Shown here: positions 26,480-34,410 of the stretch, in pieces
Layout: every line of letters begins with the position of its first letter
How positions within the stretch are numbered: position 1 is the first letter of the stretch
From: Candidatus Moraniibacteriota bacterium
GTDB taxonomy: Bacteria; Patescibacteriota; Minisyncoccia; Moranbacterales; GWC2-37-73
Reading direction: 5' to 3'
Assembly: GCA_035325685.1 (NCBI GenBank)
Contig: DAOKZJ010000002.1
Location: forward strand, 7,309-67,645
Length of the DNA: 60,337 nucleotides
Made by a program: the position numbers and the translations under genes
Notes under the pieces: model-generated
Seen by the model: only the letters and a program-made list of their open reading frames with translations
Databases searched by the model: none
Told to the model about the DNA's origin: nothing

Positions 26480-27339
26480 GCAGGAAATGGAATTTGGTTG
26501 CTCTGGGATTTTTTGCGCTCTCCCTTTTTCCCTTCGGAGTTTGGGCGCAGGAAGCTTCCCGGTTGGATTATGGGCAAGGTCCGGTGGTTGACATGGATCT
26601 GGATGGCTTGACGGATGTGGGCGAAAAGGAACTTTACCTGACAGATCCAGCCAAGGCAGATACGGATGAGGACGGCATCTTTGACGGAGTGGAGGTTCTG
26701 CAGGGATCCAATCCGTTGGATGCTTCTTCGCGTCTGGGCTTGGTGGAAACGCAAGCCACCTTGGAAACAGCAGGAGAGGAATCTCCTTTGCCCTGGTATG
26801 TTTCGCGCGCAGCCGGCCTTGTTTCCTTTGCCTTGCTGTACGTCTCGATGCTTTTGGGTTTAAGCATCCGGTTGCCTTTTTTGGGCAAAATATTTGCGCC
26901 AGCGTATTCTTTCAAGGTGCATTGCTGGATTTCTCTTCAGGCTCTTCTCTTTGCGCTTCTCCATGGAGGCATACTTATGTTTGATGATTTTCTGGGTTTT
27001 TCCGCCAAGGATGTTTTCGTGCCTTTTTTCTCCTCATTCGAACCGGTGCTTGTCGGTCTGGGGACGACGGCTTTTTACTTGATGCTTGTGTTGGTGTTGA
27101 CATCTTATTTTAAAAAATTTATTCCGCATAAAGCTTGGCGCGCCGTTCATTGGCTCAATGTCCTCCTTTATGTTTTCGGAGTTGCTCATGCGCTCTCCCT
27201 GGGTACGGATCTGAAAGAAGAAATTTACCGCGCGATTTTCAGCGGTCTTAATGCCGTGCTTGTCTTGCTTATTTTGGCCAACATAGCCAACCGCGTTTTT
27301 TTGGCGGTGCGTCAAAAAAATGTCGAGAGGCAAGGATGA
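26476..27339 (+). CDS. Ferric-reductase-type (bis-heme) transmembrane domain protein with an N-terminal DxDxDG repeat ectodomain
   Basis: His pairs are spaced 13 (HCWISLQALLFALLH) and 12 (HWLNVLLYVFGVAH) residues apart in consecutive TM helices. DMDLDGLTD and DTDEDGIFD repeats are present. Confidence 0.72.
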   Translation: MSRKWNLVALGFFALSLFPFGVWAQEASRLDYGQGPVVDMDLDGLTDVGEKELYLTDPAKADTDEDGIFDGVEVLQGSNPLDASSRLGLVETQATLETAGEESPLPWYVSRAAGLVSFALLYVSMLLGLSIRLPFLGKIFAPAYSFKVHCWISLQALLFALLHGGILMFDDFLGFSAKDVFVPFFSSFEPVLVGLGTTAFYLMLVLVLTSYFKKFIPHKAWRAVHWLNVLLYVFGVAHALSLGTDLKEEIYRAIFSGLNAVLVLLILANIANRVFLAVRQKNVERQG

Positions 27340-27351
27340 AAGCAGGAATTT

Positions 27352-27582
27352 ATGAGGATATATGTGAAAGTGAATGCCAATTCTTCGCAAGACAAATTGG
27401 AGAAAATTTCAAAGGGGCAATATAAGGCGCGCCTGGTAGATCCTCCGGTGCATGGCAAGGCAAATGCCAAGCTCATCTCACTTTTGGCTGTGCACTTTGG
27501 CGTGAAAAATTCAGCAGTGCGAATCGTCGGAGGAAAAACTTCTCCGTCCAAAATAGTGGATATAGATTTGGCGCCAAGATAG
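27352..27582 (+). CDS. DUF167 (YggU) family protein
   Basis: VKVNANSSQDKL..PVHGKAN..L pattern. Confidence 0.8.
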   Translation: MRIYVKVNANSSQDKLEKISKGQYKARLVDPPVHGKANAKLISLLAVHFGVKNSAVRIVGGKTSPSKIVDIDLAPR

Positions 27583-27677
27583 TTCGAAAACGGAAAGGGT
27601 TTGCAATCCGCCCGCGCGGGGAAAACGGCTATTTGGCAAACAATTTTGCTTGTTAGGAGTAAGGCTCATTTTGCGCT

Positions 27678-29162
27678 ATGAGTATGCATCCCTCCAAAGC
27701 CCTCTCTTTTTTTTCGCTAGCCCTTATTTTGGGAGTGGCGCTCGCCTCTTTCGTCGCCGTTCCCTTGGGTTGGCTTGCTTTGCTGGCAGCTGTTTTTTTC
27801 GCTTGGGCCTCCCTTGATCCGGGGAAACTTTTTATAGTCGCGCTGGGCGCGTCTTTTTTCTTTTCGGGCTTTTTTCTGACAATAAACGCCATTTCCGAGC
27901 AAGGGATTTCTTCGGTTAAAGATGGTGAGGAAATAAGGGGCAGGGCTTACGTTGCTGCCGTGACGCAAAGTTCAGCTCAATATCAAAACGTGCATTTGGA
28001 ATTTAGGGAGCTAAAGGAAGACGGGGAATCTCTTCGTTTGTTGGCGCGGGTCAGTCGGTTGGAAAATTTTTATCTCGGACAGGAAATAAGCGCCCGTTGT
28101 CGAGTAAGGGAAGCGGCGACAGAGATGGGAGGTTTTAATTATCGGATGTTTCTTTTGAAAGACGGCGTGGATGGCATGTGTGCCGAAGCACAGCTTTCTT
28201 TGGTGGAAGGGGATGGCGATAAATCCGCCGCGTTTTTGTTGAATCTGGTTTTGGATAAGCTGCGCAAGCCCTTGGAGGTTTCCTTGCCACAGCCCGAAGG
28301 AGGACTGGCCGCCGGCATGCTTTTTGGCAAAACCGACAACCTTTCGGAAAATACCAAGGAAATGTTTGCGCGCACCGGGCTTACGCATATCATGGCTGTT
28401 TCTGGCTCCAACGTGACTGTTGTAGGGCAGTATTTTTTTGTTTTAGCTCTTTCTTTGGGAATGTGGCGCTCGAGGGCAAGCTGGGCGGCGGCAGCAGGGG
28501 TCGTGCTGTTTGTTTTGATGGTAGGCTTCCCGGCTAGTGCGGTAAGGGCCGGAATAATGGCGCTTTTGGCTCTCTGGGCGCGCAGCGTAGGAAGGTTGAG
28601 CGGAGCTTGGCGCTCCCTTGTGGCTGCTTGCGCGCTGATGGTGGCGCTTAATCCGCTCATTTTGCGCTATGATGCCGGTTTTCAGCTTTCTGTTTTAGCT
28701 ACGGCCGGAATGATATCTTTAAATCCCGTCGCGACCTTTTTTGCGCCCAAGGCAAAAGTAAAAAAATTCTTCTGGGAGATATTTGCCGCAACCTTCAGCG
28801 CTCAACTTTTCGTTTATCCCCTCATCGCTTATTCTTTCGGTTCTTTTTCAGTCGTGGCTTTGCTTTCCAACATGTTGGTTTTGCCTTTTGTTCCGTTGGC
28901 TATGGCTTTTTCCGCAGTAGTTTCGCTCAGTGGGGCGTTCAGCGTACTGTTGGGGGATCTTGCCGCTTTCTTGGCTTATCCTTTGCTGCACTGGGAAGCT
29001 CAGGTGGCGACCTTCCTGGGGAGCCTTAATTTTGCTAGTTTGGATATAGCTTTTGCTTGGCCGGCCATGCTTGTCGCTTATGCGGTTATTTTTTGGGCCA
29101 CTTGGCGCTCCAGGATATTGATTTTAAAAAAGAAGGAGTATGTCGAAGAAGGAATTTTTTGA
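27678..29162 (+). CDS. comEC: ComEC/Rec2 DNA-uptake channel part (DUF4131 + competence domain)
   Basis: Polytopic membrane protein with GLTHIMAVSGSNVTVV. Confidence 0.85.
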   Translation: MSMHPSKALSFFSLALILGVALASFVAVPLGWLALLAAVFFAWASLDPGKLFIVALGASFFFSGFFLTINAISEQGISSVKDGEEIRGRAYVAAVTQSSAQYQNVHLEFRELKEDGESLRLLARVSRLENFYLGQEISARCRVREAATEMGGFNYRMFLLKDGVDGMCAEAQLSLVEGDGDKSAAFLLNLVLDKLRKPLEVSLPQPEGGLAAGMLFGKTDNLSENTKEMFARTGLTHIMAVSGSNVTVVGQYFFVLALSLGMWRSRASWAAAAGVVLFVLMVGFPASAVRAGIMALLALWARSVGRLSGAWRSLVAACALMVALNPLILRYDAGFQLSVLATAGMISLNPVATFFAPKAKVKKFFWEIFAATFSAQLFVYPLIAYSFGSFSVVALLSNMLVLPFVPLAMAFSAVVSLSGAFSVLLGDLAAFLAYPLLHWEAQVATFLGSLNFASLDIAFAWPAMLVAYAVIFWATWRSRILILKKKEYVEEGIF

Positions 29163-30027
29163 AAAAAAATTTAATATCCCGCGGGTTTTTATTTACGGAG
29201 CGTTGGGGGTGCTTTTTGTTTTGGGAACAGGTCTTTTTTGGCGCGTTTTGTCTTTGCGCAACGAAACGGTGCAGGTAATTTTTTTGGATGTGGGGCAAGG
29301 GGATGCCATCTTGGTTCAAAAAGGGGAAAAGCAGATTTTGCTAGACGGCGGCAAAGATGGAAAGCTAATCTTGGAAAAACTTGGGTCCCATATGCCTTTT
29401 TGGGACCGTACTATCGAGGCGGTGATTGCCACGCATCCGGACCAAGACCACATCGCCGGTCTTTTGGATGTGCTGGATTCTTATCGGGTGCAGGCGGTGC
29501 TTTCTTCCGCGGCGAAAAGCGATTCGCACACTTTCGCTTCTTTTGAAAAAGCTCTTTCAGCTGAACAAGCCAAGCTCTTGAAGCAGCAAGACGAAGCGCG
29601 TTTCGTCTTGGCGGAAGATGTTTTTTTGGAAACCTTTGGGCCGGTTGCGACCCAAGGGGCGGACTCTAACGCGCAAAGCGTGGCAGCGCGCCTGGTTGTC
29701 AGGGATACCAGGTTTTTATTGTTGGGAGATTTGCCGGCAAAAGAGGAGGATTCATTGGCGCAAAATGTCCAGATCAAAGCGGATGTGCTCAAGGTTTCCC
29801 ACCACGGATCCAAGTATTCCACGAGCGCTTCTTTTTTGGAAACTGTCGGTGCGCGCGACGCCGTCATTTCGGTGGGTGCGCGCAATTCCTACGGACACCC
29901 GGATGCGGATGTCCTTTCCAGGCTCAAAGAACAAGGGATGCGCATATTGCGCACGGATGAAAAAGGGGATGTGCTTTACGAATGCACGGCTTTGCCGAAA
30001 GGATGCTCGGTAAAAACGCAAAAATAA
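29140..30027 (+). CDS. ComEC-type metallo-beta-lactamase domain protein with its own TM anchor, encoded as a separate ORF
   Basis: FLDVGQGDA, HPDQDHIAG, KVSHHGS. It overlaps the upstream ORF by 23 nt in another frame. Confidence 0.85.
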   Translation: MSKKEFFEKKFNIPRVFIYGALGVLFVLGTGLFWRVLSLRNETVQVIFLDVGQGDAILVQKGEKQILLDGGKDGKLILEKLGSHMPFWDRTIEAVIATHPDQDHIAGLLDVLDSYRVQAVLSSAAKSDSHTFASFEKALSAEQAKLLKQQDEARFVLAEDVFLETFGPVATQGADSNAQSVAARLVVRDTRFLLLGDLPAKEEDSLAQNVQIKADVLKVSHHGSKYSTSASFLETVGARDAVISVGARNSYGHPDADVLSRLKEQGMRILRTDEKGDVLYECTALPKGCSVKTQK

Positions 30028-30071
30028 AAAAGCCCGCCGGTTCGGCAGGCTTTGCGGATGGATAAAGCCCC

Positions 30072-30380
30072 TTAAGGGATAATGATGCGAGTGGCGTATA
30101 GGATGGGAGAGTTGTCTTTGACCAATATCTCTCCGTCCACAAAACAACGCACCTCGCCCGGCTTTATTTGGGAGACAAGTAATTGCCTTATGCGCACCTT
30201 TTCTTCCTTTCCTTGCTCGATGTTTTGCAGTCTACCTAGGGAAACAAAGGTGAAGACGGTTTTTTTTGTGTCCAGATTGACCGGACAAGTATGACTGTTC
30301 AAGGTGATACGTAGCTCCTCCGGATTTGTCACGTCCAGATGTCCCTCTTTGTTGCTGATAAGCATGACCGCGTCGGACAT
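30072..30380 (-). CDS. Hypothetical protein (102 aa)
   Basis: AAGGAGG lies 8 nt upstream of ATG 30380. A terminator-like hairpin sits at about 30028-30058. Confidence 0.6.
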   Translation of the reverse strand: MSDAVMLISNKEGHLDVTNPEELRITLNSHTCPVNLDTKKTVFTFVSLGRLQNIEQGKEEKVRIRQLLVSQIKPGEVRCFVDGEILVKDNSPILYATRIIIP

Positions 30381-30546
30381 TTTCACCCCTCCTTGCATAG
30401 TTGGTAAGCAGCTTCCTTCCAGGCATATTCATAGCATCCGAGGCCATTTTAGTCAATGAATTTTTCCTTGCTTTTTGTCTTTCTTTGCCTTACAATTGTC
30501 CCAGAAGCGCCCAGGCGCATTTTTAATTCATTTAAGAAAATAAATT

Positions 30547-31149
30547 ATGCAGCATCCAAGGAAAGAGCGGACATTTGTCATCCTCAAGCCGGACGCCATC
30601 CAGCGCGGCCTGATGGGAGATATTTTGAGGCGCATTGAGCGCACAGGGCTTAAGTTTGTGGCCATGAAGTTTGCGGTTCTTCCGGAGGAGAAGCTTTGGC
30701 AGCATTACAACAAGGATGACAAGTGGTTTCAGGAAAAAGGGGAGCGCATTCTCAAGGGTCGCCAGGAAAACGGCATGCCGGTGGACAAGGAAGCGGTCGA
30801 ATACGGCAAGGATATCATCCGCCAATTGGTGAAATTCATGACCAGCGGACCGGTGTTGGCTTGCGTGATCGAAGGGAATCAGGCGGTGGGTATCGTTAAG
30901 AAATTGGTCGGCGGAACCGAGCCGCTCACTTCCGACGTAGGCACCATCCGCGGAGACCTCACGCTGGATTCATATGATTTGGCCGGTTTGGATGAGCGCG
31001 CAGTGCGTAACTTGATTCATTGTTCCGATCAGGTGGAAGAAGCGCAGCGTGAAATCGCCATCTGGTTTGACGAAAAAGAGATGATCAACTATCGTCTGGT
31101 GGCCGAACAAGTGCTTTACGACGTCAATTTGGACGGAATTTTGGAATAA
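30547..31149 (+). CDS. ndk: Nucleoside diphosphate kinase (long form with an internal insertion)
   Basis: RTFVILKPD, FMTSGPV, and the catalytic IHCSD motif. Confidence 0.9.
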   Translation: MQHPRKERTFVILKPDAIQRGLMGDILRRIERTGLKFVAMKFAVLPEEKLWQHYNKDDKWFQEKGERILKGRQENGMPVDKEAVEYGKDIIRQLVKFMTSGPVLACVIEGNQAVGIVKKLVGGTEPLTSDVGTIRGDLTLDSYDLAGLDERAVRNLIHCSDQVEEAQREIAIWFDEKEMINYRLVAEQVLYDVNLDGILE

Positions 31150-31216
31150 AAAAGAGCAAGGCATTTTGTCTGAAAAACGGCTCCCAGGGGCCGTTTTTTG
31201 GTAGGAGGACCTTCTC

Positions 31217-31244
31217 TTGACAAAGACTCCTTATCTGCTATACT
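31217..31244 (+). promoter_or_regulatory. Promoter TTGACA-16-TATACT
   Basis: Hexamers at 31217-31222 and 31239-31244. Confidence 0.55.
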
Positions 31245-31377
31245 TATAAGCATGGAAAGAAATTACTCGGTAAAATTGGATATGCTCCTCATCGACCTTC
31301 GCGTCCTCGCGGGAAGCATGTTTATGCCGGGTAAAATTCGTCCATAATCCGAAAACCAAGGAAAAGGAACGATAGCG

Positions 31378-31398
31378 CCCGGCACCAGCCGGGTTTTT
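31378..31398 (+). terminator. Leader terminator/attenuator
   Basis: CCCGGC-acca-GCCGGG then T5, located 44 nt before the first operon start codon. Confidence 0.6.
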
Positions 31399-31441
31399 CA
31401 GTTTTTTGACAACAAGATACAACCAAGAAAGGAGACTGTTT

Positions 31442-31858
31442 ATGGAAAAGCAAGCGGTGGCATTTGCAAAAAAGACTTTCCAAAGAGCCGTTTTGAAACT
31501 GATGGATCTGGATCTTTGCGGAAAAACCAAATCCAAAGAAGCGGAAAATACGAGGAAATTGGCACGCTGTATGGCGCGGACGGTGGCTGAAAAAGGAGGT
31601 AGGGTACGGCCGTTCAATTGCGAAGCTTTCCGCGAATCACTCCAGGCCAATGTGGAAATATTGCACGAAAGCCTCAATCCCGACATGCGCTCCAAAGCGC
31701 GTCGCGACCTTAAGGGAAAGCTGCATGCGCTTGAAGAGCTCATGCATAAGCACGGGAAGTTCGAGTGTTTGGACTCTCTCAAGGAAGAAATACTTAAAGC
31801 CTTGGGTGGTCAAGGAGGGCGCGCCAAAAGGACGAAAAAATTCCAGCAGGCGGCTTAG
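31442..31858 (+). CDS. Hypothetical helical protein (138 aa)
   Basis: AAAGGAG SD lies 8 nt upstream. The antisense ORF 31231..31782 looks like S/R/L-rich shadow sequence. Confidence 0.6.
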   Translation: MEKQAVAFAKKTFQRAVLKLMDLDLCGKTKSKEAENTRKLARCMARTVAEKGGRVRPFNCEAFRESLQANVEILHESLNPDMRSKARRDLKGKLHALEELMHKHGKFECLDSLKEEILKALGGQGGRAKRTKKFQQAA

Positions 31859-31889
31859 GCGGCCAATACGAGCAAAGGAGGATATTGTC

Positions 31890-32021
31890 ATGTGCGATTG
31901 CCCCAACCCTAACTTGTGCGACCATGTAAACGGAGGGGTGGATGTCGGCGAAAAAGATCTTCTGGCCAAAATCCACGCGGAGGACAAGCTTGCCCACCGG
32001 AAAGATTCGTCCGAGACGTAA
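31890..32021 (+). CDS. Small protein, 43 aa (MCDCPNPNLCDH...)
   Basis: AAGGAGGA lies 7 nt upstream of the ATG. Confidence 0.5.
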   Translation: MCDCPNPNLCDHVNGGVDVGEKDLLAKIHAEDKLAHRKDSSET

Positions 32022-32103
32022 ACAGTTTGGCAGTCCCAAGGGAGTGGTTCCGCAAGAACCGCTCCCCAAATAATTTTCACTGCAATGAAGAAAGGAGGAT
32101 GCT

Positions 32104-32283
32104 ATGGCCGGCGGGGAAAAATATCTTAATTTTTATGATCCCGGTGGCGTTTGCCGGTTTTCCGTCCAGTTGAAAGACGGCAAAAATCCTGATGTGTTGG
32201 GCAAAAGTTGCTGTCAAGTGAGCGGCAACGTCGATTCTTACGAAAAAGACGAGCGGCCTTGGGGTCCGCTTGTCAAAATCTGA
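32104..32283 (+). CDS. Small protein, 59 aa (MAGGEKYLNFYDPGGVCRF...)
   Basis: AAAGGAGGA lies 5 nt upstream. It is below the ORF-track size cutoff and was translated by hand. Confidence 0.5.
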   Translation: MAGGEKYLNFYDPGGVCRFSVQLKDGKNPDVLGKSCCQVSGNVDSYEKDERPWGPLVKI

Positions 32284-32296
32284 AAGGAGGTTTCCT

Positions 32297-32410
32297 GTGA
32301 AAGGAAATAAAATTGCCGATCCCGATCCTTACTTCGAAAGTCCGGAGAGCAAAAAGGCTTTGGAATTGCTGCTTGCTCGTCCGCGAATCGAGGACAAAAA
32401 GGATGGATAA
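32297..32410 (+). CDS. Small protein, 37 aa, GTG start (MKGNKIADPDPYFESPESKK...)
   Basis: AAAGGAGG overlaps the preceding stop codon and lies 6 nt before the GTG. Confidence 0.4.
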   Translation: MKGNKIADPDPYFESPESKKALELLLARPRIEDKKDG

Positions 32411-32424
32411 AGAGTCAATCTCTC

Positions 32425-32459
32425 GGGACGCATCAAAAAGATGCGTCCCTTTTCTTTTT
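32425..32459 (+). terminator. Intrinsic terminator of the small-protein operon
   Basis: GGGACGCATC-aaaaa-GATGCGTCCC then TTTTCTTTTT. Confidence 0.82.
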
Positions 32460-32509
32460 CCCCAAGGGTTGCTATAGTGGGCAATGGGCGTAAGATTTTT
32501 TTAAAAAAA

Positions 32510-32580
32510 CGGGCTGTAGTATACCGGTAGTACGCGTCCATGGGGTGGATGTAGACCGGGTTCAATTCCCGGCAGCCCGA
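32510..32580 (+). tRNA. tRNA-Pro (anticodon GGG)
   Basis: Acceptor CGGGCUG/CAGCCCG, anticodon loop AUGGGGU, and T arm CCGGG-UUCAAUU-CCCGG, all folded by hand. Confidence 0.85.
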
Positions 32581-32602
32581 CAGCGAAAACTTTCAAAAAA
32601 AA

Positions 32603-33796
32603 TTGGGATTTTTCAAAAAGACATTTTTGGTGGCACTGGAAATCGCCCTGCTCGGGGGCGCGCTTTGGTATGTGGCGAAGCAAAAGGGATATTCTTCGCC
32701 GCACGAAGCGGCCATCGCTCTCAGGGAAGCTGCGGGCAATTCCGTTCCCGGCGTAAAAGGGGAGCAGGGATTCCCGTCCCGGCAAGATCCGCAGGCCAGG
32801 GTTTTTTCCTGGGAATACCGCGGAGAAAAATATGTCCTCGAGTACACCCTGTACGGTTCCGTTTATGCTTATTACCAAAAAAGGCCGCGTTCTTTTGCTT
32901 ATTTTGGGAATTTGCCCGATGATTGGGAGGAAAAGTATTACGAAATGTTCTTGCAGCGCGATGCGGCGGATGATGCCATCGGGGAACTGGCGGATGCTCT
33001 CAGTGCGCAAGGGAAGGCCAGGGGTTTGGATGATGATCAGATCGTGGAGCTTGTTTTGGCTTTCGTGCAGGCCATTCCTTATGATGAAGCCAAGGCGCAA
33101 GATATTTTGGCGGATGCTTCCGGCGCTTCCATCAGTTATCCGTACGAAGTGCTTTATGAAAACAAAGGAGTTTGTTCGGATAAAAGCATTTTGGGCGCGG
33201 CCATTTTGCGTGAGTTGGGTTATGGTAGCGCGCTTTTGGCGTATGAGCAGGATAACCACATGGCTCTGGGCGTCAGGTGTCCCCAGCAATATTCCACTTA
33301 CGGCAGCGGTTATTGTTATGCCGAAACGACGGCGACCGGTCACCGGATAGGGATAATTCCCGAAATAGACCGCACCACGCGCCGCGCCAGAGAGGTGCGC
33401 GAAATAGCAAGTGTGGATTCTCTGGACAATCAAGCGCGTACCTTGGGGGATGTGCAGCTTTATGCGCGCACGGAAGGGAAGGAATATCGTGGCGTGATTT
33501 TAACCGTGCAGCTGCGGGCCCAGATAGAGGGTATTGCCGTGAAAATATCCACAAGCAGTCAGGCGATAGCGCGAAGGAAAAAAGAACTGGAGGGGTCTTT
33601 TGCGGAAATTGAAAAAGAGCGCAAGCGAATGGAGGATTTTAAAAAAGAAGGAGAGATAGAAAAATACAACGCGCGCGTTTTATCTTACAATGAATCTGTC
33701 GAAAAATACCGTAAAGATTCCAAGGAGCTGGAAAAGATGATTGCCGACCATAACGCCTTGGTCAAAAAATACAACGCGCTTTTGAAAGAAACCTGA
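32603..33796 (+). CDS. Membrane-anchored transglutaminase-like cysteine peptidase-fold protein with a C-terminal coiled coil
   Basis: N-terminal TM segment, KGVCSDKS (Cys) and DNHMALGV (His), and a KE-rich helical tail. The start is TTG at 32603. Confidence 0.65.
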   Translation: MGFFKKTFLVALEIALLGGALWYVAKQKGYSSPHEAAIALREAAGNSVPGVKGEQGFPSRQDPQARVFSWEYRGEKYVLEYTLYGSVYAYYQKRPRSFAYFGNLPDDWEEKYYEMFLQRDAADDAIGELADALSAQGKARGLDDDQIVELVLAFVQAIPYDEAKAQDILADASGASISYPYEVLYENKGVCSDKSILGAAILRELGYGSALLAYEQDNHMALGVRCPQQYSTYGSGYCYAETTATGHRIGIIPEIDRTTRRAREVREIASVDSLDNQARTLGDVQLYARTEGKEYRGVILTVQLRAQIEGIAVKISTSSQAIARRKKELEGSFAEIEKERKRMEDFKKEGEIEKYNARVLSYNESVEKYRKDSKELEKMIADHNALVKKYNALLKET

Positions 33797-33798
33797 AG

Positions 33799-34368
33799 AT
33801 GGCCAAAGCTGTTTACAGAAAAATAATGTTGGCAGGCGAAGATGTCCGCGTCCGCTGCTTAAAACATCCGCGCGCCAAAAGAATGCGCATAACGGTCCGC
33901 CAAGGAGGAGAGGTGCTTTTGACTGTTCCCAGATACGCCAGCTTGCAAAGCGCTTTGTCTTTTCTTTTTGCCAACGCTGGTTGGGTTACCAGGGAGCGGC
34001 AAAAGCAGTTGGCCAAAGGAGATGCGCCGGAAATTTCCGCCGAAAGTTATGCTCTTCTCAAAAAAAGGACCCGCGCCTTGGTGGAAAAGAAAATCGCCAA
34101 ACTGAATGCGCATTACGGTTTTTCCTGGAAGAAAATAAGCGTCCGTAACCAAAAGACACGCTGGGGGAGTTGCTCGCGCCAAGGGAATTTGAGTTTCAAT
34201 TGCCGGCTGGCTCTTTTGCCCGAACAACTGGCGGAATATATAATCGTGCACGAACTTTGTCATCTGGGGGAGTTTAATCACGGGGCATGCTTTTGGCAGC
34301 TTGTCGGACGCGCCGTGCCGGAATACCCCAAATTAAAAAAGCAATTGGCGGCTCTTTCGCTCCAGTAA
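33799..34368 (+). CDS. M48/YgjP-like (DUF45) metallohydrolase
   Basis: HELCHL HExxH motif at the position expected for this family. Confidence 0.85.
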   Translation: MAKAVYRKIMLAGEDVRVRCLKHPRAKRMRITVRQGGEVLLTVPRYASLQSALSFLFANAGWVTRERQKQLAKGDAPEISAESYALLKKRTRALVEKKIAKLNAHYGFSWKKISVRNQKTRWGSCSRQGNLSFNCRLALLPEQLAEYIIVHELCHLGEFNHGACFWQLVGRAVPEYPKLKKQLAALSLQ

Positions 34369-34370
34369 AA

Positions 34371-34391
34371 AAGCCCTTCCGAAGAAGGGCT
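34371..34391. terminator. Bidirectional terminator hairpin
   Basis: AAGCCCTTC-cgaa-GAAGGGCTT between convergent genes. Confidence 0.7.
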
Positions 34392-34410
34392 TGAAGGTGA
34401 GGCGTCCTGC

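Noticed and set aside
31231-31782. A 183-aa minus-strand ORF overlapping the small-protein operon leader and its first gene.
   Set aside because: It has S/R/L/C-rich composition, no SD and no promoter. The + strand ORF has a consensus SD and sits in a promoter-to-terminator unit.
31150-32580. A possible tRNA-associated genomic island (the small-protein operon next to tRNA-Pro).
   Set aside because: There is no integrase, recombinase or transposase, no direct repeat of the tRNA 3' end, and no evident compositional break that I can judge by eye. It is reported only as an operon of interest.
32501-33433. A 310-aa minus-strand ORF.
   Set aside because: It overlaps tRNA-Pro and runs antisense to the transglutaminase-like gene, which has recognisable catalytic motifs and a TM anchor.
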